Assembly: GCA_001179505.1 (NCBI GenBank)
Contig: CDMY01000929.1
Location: forward strand, 1-64,000
DNA from: Vitrella brassicaformis CCMP3155
Taxonomy: Eukaryota > Protista > Chromerida
Length of the DNA: 64,000 nucleotides
Direction of reading: 5' to 3'
Below, piece by piece: positions 34,576 through 47,861 of the stretch (its first letter is position 1; each line of letters begins with the position of its first letter). The position numbers and the translations under genes are program-made. The notes beneath the pieces are model-generated. The model had not been told where the DNA came from and made no database searches. It saw only the letters and a program-made list of their open reading frames with translations.

Positions 34576-36643
34576 TCAAAAATCGTCGTCATCATCGAAA
34601 TACACTGCCTGCGCGTGCTGGTGCTCAATGTAGGCATCAATGTCATCGTCAGCATCACCATAGTACTCCAACCCCCCCTCGATCTGCTGATCGATGTAGT
34701 CATCGATATCGTCGCTTGGCTCCATCTCGCGATGGGCGTGCTGCTGCTCGATGTAGGCATCAAGATCGTCTTCAGCATCACCGACATACTCAGCCCCCTG
34801 CCCCTCCAGCTGCTGGTCGATGTAGTCGTCAATGTCGTCGCTCTCCTCCATCTCCCGCTGTGCATACTGCTCCTCAATATATGCATCGAGATCATCGTCG
34901 GGATCGGCGACGTACTCAGCCCCCTCCAGCTGCTGATCGATGTAGTCATCGATGTCGTCGCTTGGCTCCATCTCGCGATGGGCGTACTGCTGCTCAACGT
35001 ATGCATCAAGGTCGTCATCAGCGACAGACTCGGCCCCCTCGATCTGCTGATCGATGTAGGCGTCGTCATCCTCATCCAGTTGCGCGTCGTACTGCTGCTG
35101 CTGTCGGTGCTGTGCGTACTGATCCTCGATATAGGCATCGAGATCATCCGCATCGCCACTATAGTAGTCAGCCCCCAAGCCCTCCCCCTCCCCNNNNNNN
35201 NNNNNNNNNNNNNNNNNNNNNNNNNNNNNNNNNNNNNNNNNNNNNNNNNNNNNNNNNNNNNNNNNNNNNNNNNNNNNNNNNNNNNNNNNNNNNNNNNNNN
35301 NNNNNNNNNNNNNNNNNNNNNNNNNNNNNNNNNNNNNNNNNNNNNNNNNNNNNNNNNNNNNNNNNNNNNNNNNNNNNNNNNNNNNNNNNNNNNNNNNNNN
35401 NNNNNNNNNNNNNNNNNNNNNNNNNNNNNNNNNNNNNNNNNNNNNNNNNNNNNNNNNNNNNNNNNNNNNNNNNNNNNNNNNNNNNNNNNNNNNCCCCTCC
35501 CCCTCCCCCTCCCCCTCGAGTTGCTGCTCGACGTAGGCGTCAGTATCGTCCATTTCCTCCATCTGACGCTGGTACTGCTGCTCGAGATACTCGTCTTCCG
35601 CCTGATGGTGCTCGTGCTGCTGCTCCTCGACCAGCTGATCGACGTAGTCATCGATGTCGTCTGCTCCAGGCTCAGCGTCGGCGAACGGCTGGTCGTAGGC
35701 GACGTTCTGGTGGTAATCCCAACCCTGTTGAATGCATGACAGACAGTGGATATGTATATCTTGTGTGTGGGCAGGGGGGATGTGTCTGTGTGTGGAGGTG
35801 TGTGTTACTTACCTCCTGATGGGCTTCCTCGTGTGCTGCTGGTACCGGCAGCGCATCGAAGGCCACCTGTGCCACACAAGCACATCCATGGACAGACAGA
35901 CACATATACGACTGTGCGCCTGTGCGCGCGCGTGCGTGCCTGTGTGCGTGTGCATGTGTACCTACCTGCCCATGCTCCCCAGGCTGCTCCTCATCGTCGT
36001 CATCCTCATTCGATGCCTCCTGAGAATACACACCAATCCAAACCCACACACCGGTGTCTGTAGGTGTGTGGTTTTTGTTCATGAGAATACCTCGTCGGCA
36101 TCGTTGACATCCTCCTGGCCCGTCGCCGCCCGCAGCTGCTGCACGGTGTCACGCAGGCCGTAGTTGACACTCACATGCGCCTCTGCAGTCTCTCGCCTAA
36201 TTGACAGGCATTTGATAAGGCCCTGAGGCGTGCATCCATGTGTCGTGCTGGTGGTGTACCTGCAGGTGGGGCAGACGGCTGTGCGACGCGGACCGCGGCG
36301 AATGAGCCTCCGAACACACTGCATACACACACAATGCACGCAGGCAAGCGACGACAGAACACCGATTATCGTGTGAATCCATCTGTCTCGTGTTCTCTGT
36401 CTGTCTGAACCCGCTGGCAGAAGGAGTGACCTGATAGATTGCAATGCACACATGACGCACAATCACAGCACAGATCTGTGCCCATCTGAGATCTCTCTCC
36501 GTGTGCCTGTGCCGACATGTGTGTCTGTGTCGTGCTCCTCACTCACCGCATCTGAGAACCTGAGGCTGCCTGCGGGCGTGTTGATGATGGTAGTCCTCGA
36601 AACACACATCACACTGGGGAATCTCCGCGACGTTCTCCGCCAT
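34576..36643 (-). CDS. RING-HC finger protein with long C-terminal acidic tandem repeats (spans a gap)
   Basis: The spliced N-terminus reads MAENVAEIPQCDVCFEDY..PQVLRC|GHSFCQR|CVRRL..CPTCR..VNYGLRD. The last exon has ~40-aa repeats DDLDAYIEQQYAHREMEPSDDIDDYIDQQLEGAEY and a stop at 34576. Confidence 0.88.
35194..35493. other. Assembly gap (300 N) inside the acidic-repeat exon
   Basis: Run of N between (CCCTCC)n tracts. Confidence 1.
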
Positions 36644-36848
36644 CACCACACTGCAGTCATCCACATCCATCCAATTGTCGTTAGCTTATGACAAAGAAGC
36701 ACTGAATGGTCTTACCTCGAGTGTCGTTAACGATTCAGTCGCTTCCACTTCTGAGCTCGCGTCGTTTGCGAGCTTAGAGTGCAGTGAGGAGAAAGCCCGT
36801 TTGAAACCTTGTTGGTCGTTGAGAGATGCCTGCCGTGCACAAGTCGCC

Positions 36849-37264
36849 ATGACCGTGTTGCCGCGCCCCCTGATCTGTTGGCTCGTTGCCCTGCTTCAAG
36901 TGGTGTCTGCAATCGAAGCGCTCGCGTCGGCTTTCCTCCTGCAGCCGGCGCGGCACACAGGGCCGCCATCTGCCCCGTCGCCACACCTATTCGGCGTGGC
37001 TCGGTGACCAAAATACACACAAAGACAGACACACAAGCAGAGCGCCATCTGGCTGTGTGTGTGTGTGTGCGCGTGTGTGTGTGTGTGTGTGTGTGCAGCA
37101 GTCGGGCGCGCACCCGTCGGTATGTGAAAGACGGTGACAGGTTGTTCCAGGATGCCTTTCAGAGGGAGGAGGCGAAAGAGCGGCCCGTCAAGGGATCTTC
37201 ACCCAGGCAAGCACACGCACAGACAGATAAACTGACAGAAGGAGTCAACAACCACACCTACCCC

Positions 37265-37320
<56 letters not shown>

Positions 37321-39468
37321 TGTGTGTTTGTGTGTGTGTGACATTCAGTGGCAGCGATGCGTCAGCGTCTTTGAGTGTGCCCAACCCCTCAGCGTGGCCG
37401 TCCTTCCCACAGCTGGAGGTGCCCAACAGCAACAAGTGGCAGATAAGGCGATACGAGAGCCAGGACTGGAAGATACGCAGATACTCCTCTGAAGGTGCAC
37501 CTTCCAGTCCTGGCCAAAGACGCACGAACGGGTCACACACACGTGTGTGTGTTTGTGTGTGCGTCGGTTCGGTGTGCAGATTGGCTGGAGTGTCTGCTAA
37601 CTTTGCCCCTCTCCCGGATCTTTGTGCGCATCCGGGGGCAGCTCATATTCCAGGTCTGGTGTGTCACACAGTGCGCAGCAGACACATAAAACGCGGCGCA
37701 GCTCATTCTGTGTGCTCCTCTCGTGTGTCCCTGTGTGTGTGCTTATGGGCAGGTGGTGTTGACAACGTTCATAGCGGCCCTGCACCACCTGAGCAGAAAC
37801 CCCAAGTTCCTGACGCTGCCCTCAACGCCGCACTCCCTCACGGGCGGCGCACTCGGCCTGCTGCTCGTCTTCAGGGTGCGATAAGGGATGGCTGGATGTG
37901 TCGATCTCTGTAACTCTCTCTCTCTCTCTGTGTGACTTGACTTGTGTGCAGACGAATGCGGCGTACTCGCGGTTCTGGGAGGTACTTACACAGGGGATGT
38001 GCAGACGTGTGTGAGAGGTGTGGTGAGCGGTTTTTGCTGTGTGTGGTGTGGTGTTGTGTGTGTTGTGATGTGTTGTGTGCAGGGCCGCAAGTGTTGGGGT
38101 ACGTTGGTGACGACCATCCGTGAGCTGGCCTATGAGTTCTCCTTCTACATGCCCCAGAAGTTCCACCACCACGTGTATGTAGGCCTACATACATACATAC
38201 ATGCTGAGATGGATTGATGGACGATCGATGCCGTGCGTGTATGTGTGTGCTTGTGTGCAGGCTGCGTTTGCTGAAGGCCTATCCCCGTCTTTTCAAGCAG
38301 CACCTGCAGGTACGTGTGAAGACACACAGAGATGGATGCATACCATACGGACACCCTTCGTTGACCACCAACACCACAACAAACAGGGTGAGTTGAATCT
38401 CAACGAGGTGGGCCATCTGCTGACCGAGCAGGAGCGCACACAGATACAAACCGTCAACAACCCGCCACTCTACCTACTGCGTGTAAGCAACCACAGACAC
38501 ATGAACACACACACACATGGATGGATGGATGGATGCGTGTGTGTGTCGGTCAGCGGATGTGCGGCATTCTGTATGAGGCCTACGAGGAGAGTGGAGGCAC
38601 CAAACCTACTGAGGTCGGCGGCTTGACGAAAGGCACCCACCGGTCTCATTGCACACTGATGTCATTCATGTGCACCGTGCAGCGGAAAGTGGTGGCTGTC
38701 AACGCCAAGCTCGGCAAGCTCTGTGAGATGCTGGGGGCGTGTGAGCGTATCATCAAGACTCCTGTGCCCGTCAGCTACAGGTACACACACACACACACGT
38801 GTGTGTGCACGTGTGTATCCGCCTGTGTGCTCTTTCCTGCAGTCGGCACACAAGCCGATTCCTGACGTTGTACTGCGCCACGTTGCCCTTCGCTCTGCTC
38901 GAGTCGCTGCGATGGGCGGTGGTGCCTGTGGTGGCCGTCATGACCTGGGGTGCGTCAATCACTCAGACACAGACAGACGACCATCCACACAACACACGCA
39001 TATTTGGGTGGGTTTTCCCTCCCCCTCCCTCCCTCTCCCTCTCTCCCTCCCTGTGTGTGCAGGTTTCCTGTCGATCCAGGAGATCGGTCACTTCATCGAG
39101 GACCCGTTCGACCGAATCGCGTGCCAGATCCCCATGGAGGGCCTCTGCGAGACCATCGAGGTGCGGTCGACACAGCCACATGAACCACATGAGCATGCTG
39201 ACCTTGAGCAGACCTCGCATGAGGTCCGAACAGATGGTTGATAATACACCCCTGTCTGTGTCTGTGTGTGTCACTGAACTAACTTGTGTGGCTGTGTGTG
39301 TGTGCGCGTCTCTCTGTGCACACCACACACCACATGCAGGCTGACATCACCGACCTCACGTCTATGCCGTACATCCGCCATTTCGGCACGCAGGTCAACG
39401 GCCACCCCTCGCCCACACCAACGAGCGCCAGCACAAGCGCGGCGAACGAACCCCTCGCACACACATAG
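36849..39468 (+). CDS. Bestrophin-like (UPF0187/VCCN-type) anion channel with a bipartite plastid-targeting leader
   Basis: Motifs: RRYSS.DW..L.TLP.S, GALGLLLVFRTNAAYSRFWEGRK.WG, GACERIIKTPVP.SYSRHTSRFL, IQEIGHFIEDPF. The N-terminus is a signal peptide ending ALASA-FLL. Confidence 0.93.
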
Positions 39469-40982
39469 ACAAACAGACAGACCGACAGATGGCTGGATGG
39501 TCCGAGAGGTAGATGTGGGTGTGTATTGTATGGTGTGTACTGTGCAGTACCCATCGATGTAGAAATGTACAGATACGCAGAGGGACAGCGGTGTGCGTGG
39601 GTGTGTGAGCGACTCTGTGAGCGAGTTTTTCTGTCTCCCGATGAATGAGTGGCGATTCTTTGTTTTTTGCGTGCGTCAGTGAGTCGCTCATGCATCGTGT
39701 TGTTAACCCCTTGTCCGTCATGCAGTCAGCGTGATGACAGGGAGGGAGGGAGGGAGGGAGAGAGGGGGAGGGGTCGATGGATGCACCACACCCACCCACA
39801 GTACATACAGTACACCTTTCAATTAAATGCGTACACACAGACACACACATACTTAGGGCCATCCAGAGAGAGAGACAGACGGCGAGAGAGACGTTGGATG
39901 GGCACATTGCTGTTGTGGTGGTGCATCATCGGCTGCCATGGGCTTTGTGACGTGACTGACGTACATATCATGTGGCTGACCGACACACATTGCATTGCAG
40001 TTGGTGGTAGACAAGAGATACAGACGGAGGAGCTTGCATCTACTGAATGAAATGTCCAGTCGACGTCAATGTTGCAGGGGACGACACACACAGACACTTG
40101 TAGGGACACACTCAATTGCCTCGCTCACAGTGCAAACACTCACACACGCGCAGACAGAGAGCGACACACCCACAATAGGAGGAGTGGGTGGCTTCTACCC
40201 AATGCCAACCACCCACCCACTCACCAGGAATAAACGTGTATGACGTCTGTGTTGTGTGGGTGCGTTTGCTTCCTCGTGGCTGGCTGCTGATCGATTTGGT
40301 GTTTGGGTCGGTGGACTGGTCCGTATCATGCATACTTGGATGGATGGAATCACGCAATCAATCAAATATGACGCTCTCGTTTGAAAGTGGTTTACACATA
40401 CCTACCTAAATGGAGTCATGTCTGTCAGCTCAAATGCATGTAGGTCTGTCTATCCCTCCTCTGCCGTCCCCCAAACACGATGCAATGACAGACATCCCTT
40501 AGCGACAGCAAAGGAGCCAGGCCTTACAATACATATGTACATACGATAACAGGTACAACACCACACGCAACACATACGGCGCATATTGCCATGATTGTCA
40601 GCAAGATTGCCGACACCCACCCACAGGTGGACCGACCTACCTACCTAGTACACACACTCATCCCTTGAGCCACTTATGTTGGCTCAGTCATACCACGCCG
40701 CCACACACACACACACACACAGACAGAGAGAGAGAGAGATTCTCAAGATTACAACACCATAAAAGACGGAACCACCAGAACACAGAGAAGTGTACCCTTA
40801 CACATCCCACATCCCACACCACGCCAAATCCACAGACACTTGGACACACATCCACCACGCTCATCTGTCACACTATCCTCTGCACATGGCTTATCCAAAC
40901 ATACGTGCGTACATTACGCTAACAATTAGGCCGCGCCTTCTGCCAAAGCCACTCACTGGATGGACTGTTGTTCAGCGACAGA

Positions 40983-41939
40983 TCAGGAAGACGCCGTGGT
41001 GTCAGATCCGCCATTAGTCGCGGTCTCCTGGTCGGCCGTGATCGGCTGCACCCGTACCAGCTGCCGGTCGGTGTTTCTCTTATAAGTGATATTCGCTGCG
41101 CTAGGCGGTGGGGGGCCGAAAGGTGTCGTCACAGTGACGGCGGTTGGCGGCTTGGTCTTGGGGGCGAGGGAGGCCACAGCCTCCTGGAAGCTCATAGTGA
41201 TGGTGCTGCTCACGCCGGTATTGGCCGCGTAGCTGCCATGAATCACACAAACAGGATGCCAATTTGCAAGTACATACACCGTGCAGTGCATCCCTTATGT
41301 GTGTGTGCGTGTGTACCTGCCGCTGATGGACTGCCAGCTTTCCTGGTCGAAGCGGCCAATGACGTCCACGTGAAGGTTGCCATTGATGGCCTTCTCGCCC
41401 CACGACACCTGGCCGGTGGTCGCGTTGTAGAAGCCCTCCGCCTTGAAGGCTCCGTCTGCGTCGCTTCCCTCTCCGTTGAAGCTGCCGTCGTACTCGAATG
41501 TGAGCATATAGGTGGTGATGAAACTCCGGCCGTTCTCCCAATATTGGCCCACCCACCTGCCCGACGGAGGGGGCGTGGCGGTCGGTGTGGGCTTGATACG
41601 TTCCTTCCGGCTGTGGGCGAGAGCATGTCCGAGTCTGGGCGAGTCGGTATTGGCCGTGGAGCAGGGGCGACCCACTTCCCATATACCCCAGGCGAGGCAA
41701 GACAGGATGCAGACGAAGGGCACACCAAGGCCGACGACAATGCCAATCCAAGGGTATTCACTTCCACCACCAGTAGATTCGTAGGCGGGCATTCCTCCAC
41801 CACCACCTCCACCACCACCACCACCGCCGCCACCTCCGCCGCCTCCCTTCAATCGGCGGCCCTCCGCATCGACGAGAGCCACCGCAGCGGCCAGTAGCGC
41901 CAGAGGACGGCGGCAATCAAATACGCGCAGCATCGCCAT
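40983..41939 (-). CDS. Type I membrane protein: signal peptide, poly-Gly, one TM helix, cytoplasmic beta-rich domain (2 exons)
   Basis: ALLAAAVALVDA-EGRRLK-(G)n..WIGIVVGLGVPFVCILSCLAW..SGRWVGQYWENG..LTFEYDGSFNGEGSDADGAF.AEG.YN. The intron 41233-41316 is in frame. Confidence 0.75.
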
Positions 41940-42506
41940 ATCCTCCCGTCTCAATCAAATTCCCGTCAGAGATGACGGACGCAGATGAGCTTGTCTTGTT
42001 GGATGTGACACCAACAGACCCGACAGCTGGGGTCAGTGGGGAGACGAGAAGGGAGAGGAGAGGTCTGGGAGGAAAGAGAGAAGCGCGCAATAATGCGGTG
42101 CAGACGGACGGCAGATCCCGGCTGCTGCTGCTTCTTATGTAGTTGCTTGACTTGCCTCTCCCCTGCAGCCGCGAGCTCGTCATTTGCGAGCTGAGGTTTT
42201 CTCAATATTTCCCGCGGATTTGTAGTGTAGCCCAGTGCATCAGGAAGGGCACACAGCACCGCTTCGGTCGTTTACAGCGACAACAAACGACATCTGGAGC
42301 ACCAATGCCAACAGCGTTGTAGCTGCCTTGCACCTGTGAGGCAGTTGCAGGTACGCAGATGCGTCCGGCATGAGGAGTTTGTCTGCCCTGTGTGGCCAGC
42401 AAGCACACACGTGTTTCGTTCTGTGAGTATATGTTCGGGTGAGTGAGTGGCTTGCAGCCTGGTGTGCGTTTGTCCGCGAGTGGTGTGTGGCTTTGCGTTG
42501 ACTGTG

Positions 42507-45500
42507 ATGGCACCTGGCGAGACCAAGAAGGGCAAACACAAAGACAAGAAACAATGGAAGAGATTCACAGGTACACACCCACCACAGATAGACAGACAGC
42601 TATCACACGGGGGCAGATCACAGCCCATCCATCGTCTGTGTCTGGTCTGTATGTGTCCATCAATCCATCAGCTCGTCGCGACATCCCGCTGGATGAGGAT
42701 GATGACGAGTGCGGCGAATGGCCGCCCTGCCCACCCAATAACAACCAGGGACAGCGGAACAGTGAGTAAACCAACACGCACTCCGCAGACAGACACATAT
42801 ATGTCATGTATGTGATGTGTCAGGGTATGGGGCTGACAATGACGGCATCGCAGGCGCTGCTGCTGATGGCTATGATGATGAAGAGGGCGAGGAGGACATT
42901 GATGCCTTCCGCCCAGACAGCAGCGACAACATCGATGACAACGATCAGATCAACGATGGTGACATCAGGTACGCTGTGGCCGACGGATGACCTCTCCTTT
43001 GTGTGAGTATCCATCACATAACGCATGTGTGTATGGCAGCAGTGAGGTGCCGCCAGTATCTGCTCCCCCCTCTCCCTCGATGGCCCCGTCAATCGCTCAC
43101 TCGAACAGAGACCGATTGTACAGGTGCAGACAGACAGACACAATACACACATTGAGGTGTGTGCTTCCGGTGTCTGGGTAGTGCACACGTGTGTGTGTGT
43201 GTGTGTGTGTGTATGTGCAGGCCGGCGGCAGTGACTGAGAGCGGGGAGGGCATTGGGAAGGCGGCAATCCTTTCAGCCAGCAGGTGGGTGAATGGCTTCA
43301 GATCTCACCATGGACTGGGACTGATACGTACGTACATGTGAATGCTTGTGTGTGTGTGTGTGTGTGTTCAGTTCATCGCAGGGTCGCTTTCACGCCAACG
43401 AAGACCGCTGCAGGTGGGTGCGTACACATGTCTGTCTGTGTGTACTCGTGAGTGTCTGTGCGTGCAGGGCCGATCTGGCTGTGAAGGTCATGACTACAGC
43501 TGAAGGGGTATGCCTTATACACACACACAACACACCACCTGTGTGTGTCTGATTCATCGATGTGTGTGTGTGGCCGCCAGGCTGCGTGTGCAGAGCATGG
43601 CGGCATGTGCCTGTTCACCATGTGTGACGGGTGCGGTGCGCACGGCACGCACAGACAGACAGACAGACAGACGTCCGTGTGCGCACACGTGAGTGCACCC
43701 CTTGTGTGCAGCCATGACGGCTCCAAGTGCGCCGAGTTCGTCTGCAAACACATCGGCAAGGCGCTCTTCGGTAGGTACTACTCACTAAACGCACAACGCG
43801 CAGACACACGTGTGTGCCATGTGTGTACCCTCCCCCCCCACCCCCCACACATACATGCAGGTCGTTTGCTCGACCAGTCGTCGCCGCAGGCAATCGAGCG
43901 GTCCTTCGTCGAAGCATTCCACGTGTGTACTCAGACACCTAGACGCACACGCAGAGAGAGAGAGAAGGGCCGGGCGACATTGTGTCTGTCTGTCTGTCTG
44001 CCTGTTGATGTATGTGTGTGTAGGAAATGGAAGATCGCTTCGCGGAGGAAAAGTGCCCCTCGAGCGGAGCGGTGAGACTACCATTTGCACACTCACACAC
44101 ACACACACACACATACATACATGCCACATCAACATCCATGTGTGGGTGTCTGTGTCTGTGTGTGGTGTGGTGTGGTGTGCAGTGTGTGTTGTGTGTGCTG
44201 ATTGTTGGGGATAGGCTGTATTGCGCAAATTTGGGGGGTAAGAAGAGCACAGCACACACCAGACGAGCAGAGCTCTGCTTTGTCAACTTACATACACAGA
44301 CAGACGTGCATCGATATCGACTGTCGTGTGTGTGTATGTGCAGACTGCCGCGCAGCGTGGGTCTCGCTGGCAGACAGCAATTATCGTAACACCGGTACAC
44401 ACACACACACGCAAGCGTGTGTGAATGATTGTCTGTCTGTCTGTCTGTGCATAGCTGCAGATAATGGCGGCGTAGGTGTGTTTCGGTCTGTGTATCTGAG
44501 TCGCGACTTCCGCGCGTCAGACAAAGACGAAATCAGACGCATACAAAGACTCGGCGGTCAGTCGGCCATCCACACACACACGTATCAGTCAGTGTATTTG
44601 TGTGTGTGTTCAGGTAGGGTGATGAATGGGCGTGTGGCTGGCATCCTCGAGCCGTCCAGAAGTGCGTTTTAACACCACACAGCACAGCAGACAGCACTCA
44701 CTCAGCACACACACATAACATACACACATCCATGGGCACATACATACACACATACATACATGGGCACATACATATTGTTTGATTTAGTTGTTGACATATA
44801 TCACATACATATCAGCGATCGGCGATTTCGATGTCAAGAACACGCAGCCGGCAGGTCGGTGAGAGGGTCGGTGGGTGCGGATCCAGACACACATACACAA
44901 TGAGGGAGGGAGGGAGGGAGTGGCCACGATGGCCATGGACACTGACTCACTCATGTGTGTGTTTGTGCTATCTATGCCTTGAGTGACTTAGGTGCGATAT
45001 CGACAGTCCCTGAGATCCGTGTGCACCAGATGGACACACACGGCATGCTGCTCATCGCAACAGACGGTACACACCCCTTGCTTGACGCAGACAGACACGA
45101 ATACACATATGCTATGCTACGCATGATGGCTTCACACACAGGTGTGTGGGAGTCGCTGAGCGCCGCCGATGTCTGCGATCGCGTCCTCTACAGGCACAAA
45201 CTCTTGTTAGTTAGTTGCCCGTACCTACAGTGTCTGTCTGTCACCCACACCCACACACACGGTGGCCCCATGTGAGCTGAGGATTCATTTGTGTGTGCAT
45301 AATGAATACAATACACGCAGTTCTCGGATGGTGTCATGGCTGCGGCCATCTGGCAACGATCAGAAAGGCAACAACGGCTGTGGCACTAATGGTGGCAGCG
45401 GCGGTGTGGGTGGTGGTGGTGGTGTTGATGCGGATCGGTCTTCATCGGTGCTCAATGGGCGACGGAGCGACGACAGCGGGGAGGGGGGGAAGGGGGACGG

Positions 45501-47861
45501 TAGGCATAGCACACAATCACAATCACAATCACACACACAGACATTGCACACACGTCTGTGTGTGTGTGCGCGTGTTCGTGTTGGTCTTTGTTCAGGCGGC
45601 GATGGGTCGGATTCCCAGTCGTCTCAGTCAGAAGAGAGCGACCAGGACGAGAGCGTCGCTGACACAGGTGAGTGAGTGTACGCACACTCACCTATTTCTC
45701 CACACTCATCCACTCTTCATGTCCGTCCATGTCTCTGTGTGTGTGTGCTTAGGGAGCCCCAGCATCCCTCAGCTACGCACTCTCGCCAAACACATCTGCA
45801 CTGTGGTGGGAATATCATACACAACACACGCAGCCACCCAACCGACCCACCCACATGTCTGTCTGTCTGTCTGTCTGTGTAGGCGCAAGAGCTCGGCTCG
45901 TATGACGACTGCACGTGTCTGGTGGCCTTCATTCGGCCAGGTAGGTACACACACATCCCCACATCTCTCAGAAATCCGCTCACTCACTGACCCGTTTCTT
46001 CGTTCACGCTCAGGCAAGTGCTACAACTTCCCTGCGGCCGAGGGGACCGGTACACACACACACACACACACACACATCCACAACCCTCCGTCCCTCCACC
46101 TGTCTTTTGTGTGTGTGTGTGTGCAGGTGACCCGAATTCCCCCCCATCGATGGAGGTCTGCACCGGCGGCAAACGACGACTCATGAAAAGAGAGGTCAAC
46201 ACAAACACAAACACACACATGGGATGGATGGATAGATTGGTCACATCTGTGTGTGTGTGCGTGTGTGTGTGTGTGTGTGCAGCGTCGTGCGATTCGGCGA
46301 GCAGACAGAAATATCAACACGCCTGTGGACGAACAGGTGCGTACACTTACACGCACGCACCATGCGCACACCTGGAATACGTCTGTGTATTGGTGTGTGC
46401 GTGTGTGTGCTGCAGGCGGCTGACTACGAGCAGGATATCGCTCTCCAGCACAAGACCTTCAGGTGGTGTCTTGATTAGTGACTAACTGCTATCTTTGTGA
46501 GACATTTCGCATCCATGTGTCCATCAGGGAACACACAGAGGCGGAGCAGTCCATACTCTCGAGAATGGGATACGAAGCCGACAAATGGTACAAACCATCA
46601 CACACACTTTCACACACAATCACACAATATCGCCTCTCTCCCGCTCTGTGTGTGTGCGTGGGTACATCAAAGGGACATGCCGAGTTCGTCTGACAGCGAC
46701 GAATCGTCATCCGAGGAAGGAGACAACGACAGACACGACAAGGATGACAACGAAAATATCAGTGAGTTGGTTGGCACATCACATCCACACACCCATCCGC
46801 GCCGCACACAATACGCCTCAATGAATGTCATGTGTGCAGATCTCCGCCTGTCGTCTGAGCGTGCCGTGCTGCGATCGAGGAAGACCAAGACGTCACTCGA
46901 CGATACGAATGACAACAACGTCAACGTACACACACACAGAGCACAGCCCCCCTCCACCCCACGCGCACACACACACACCTCTCACGTGTGTATGCAATGC
47001 AATCGACGTATGTGCACCATGGAAGGCATGCCATGTCTGTGCAGCTGACGATCGACTTCTCGCCGGCCTCTAACGCAGCCCTTCATGGATCGCCAGCAGG
47101 CGTATGCACACACACAGGCACACACACACACACACACGCACAGAAAGACACAAGGTACCGACGCATTTCTCCATGTTAAATGTATGCGTGTTGTGCTGTG
47201 TATGCAGAACAACAAGATGAAGATGGTGTTTGAGCGGCCGCAGACGCCCATCGCTGCCTGCCATTCGGGTGCGTGCATGTGCCACATTCACATATGATGG
47301 GAGGGTGCATCATGGGTGCGTGTGTGTGTGTGTGTGTAGATGGTGCTGAGGATGCCGAATCCACGCCAGGCGGCAATGCCAATGCCCTGCCGTCACTGAC
47401 GTCCGTCCTGCTGGTTGGATGGACTCATGCACACATGTACATGACGGACGGGACGTCTCTCCCTCCCTGGATCTGTGGGTGTGCAGAATGGCGACCATTC
47501 TCAGCAGCCCAGCACGCCTGAGCAAAAGCCGGCCACCAGGAGAGGGCGAATGAGGTACGCACGTCTTTTTGGGGTGACACGTCTCACCTTTCAATGTGCA
47601 CACACTCACAGGTCGCCCTTCTACTCCCCCCTTCCCGCCCCGTCATTGCCAATCGATGAGCCTCACGACCATGACCGCCATATTGGCCACACGGCGTGGC
47701 ACACGAGTGACTTTGAGCACGAGGCCAAGCGCATCCGCATCCATACCGACACACACACCGCTGTTGCTGCTGGGGGGGAGGGTGGGGCAGACAGCAACGG
47801 TAGAAAAGACGGGGTTGGGGGGGATGGGGGTGGGGATAGTGATAGAATGGACGAGGGCTGA
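42507..47861 (+). CDS. PP2C/PPM-family protein phosphatase with acidic N-terminal and long low-complexity C-terminal extensions (many exons; ends approximate)
   Basis: PP2C motifs in order: QGRFHANEDR, (DG)HDG..CAEF, SRDF..DE..RI..GG, GRVAGILEPSRAIGDFD.K, LLIATDGVWE, GSYDDCTC.V. Confidence 0.9.
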
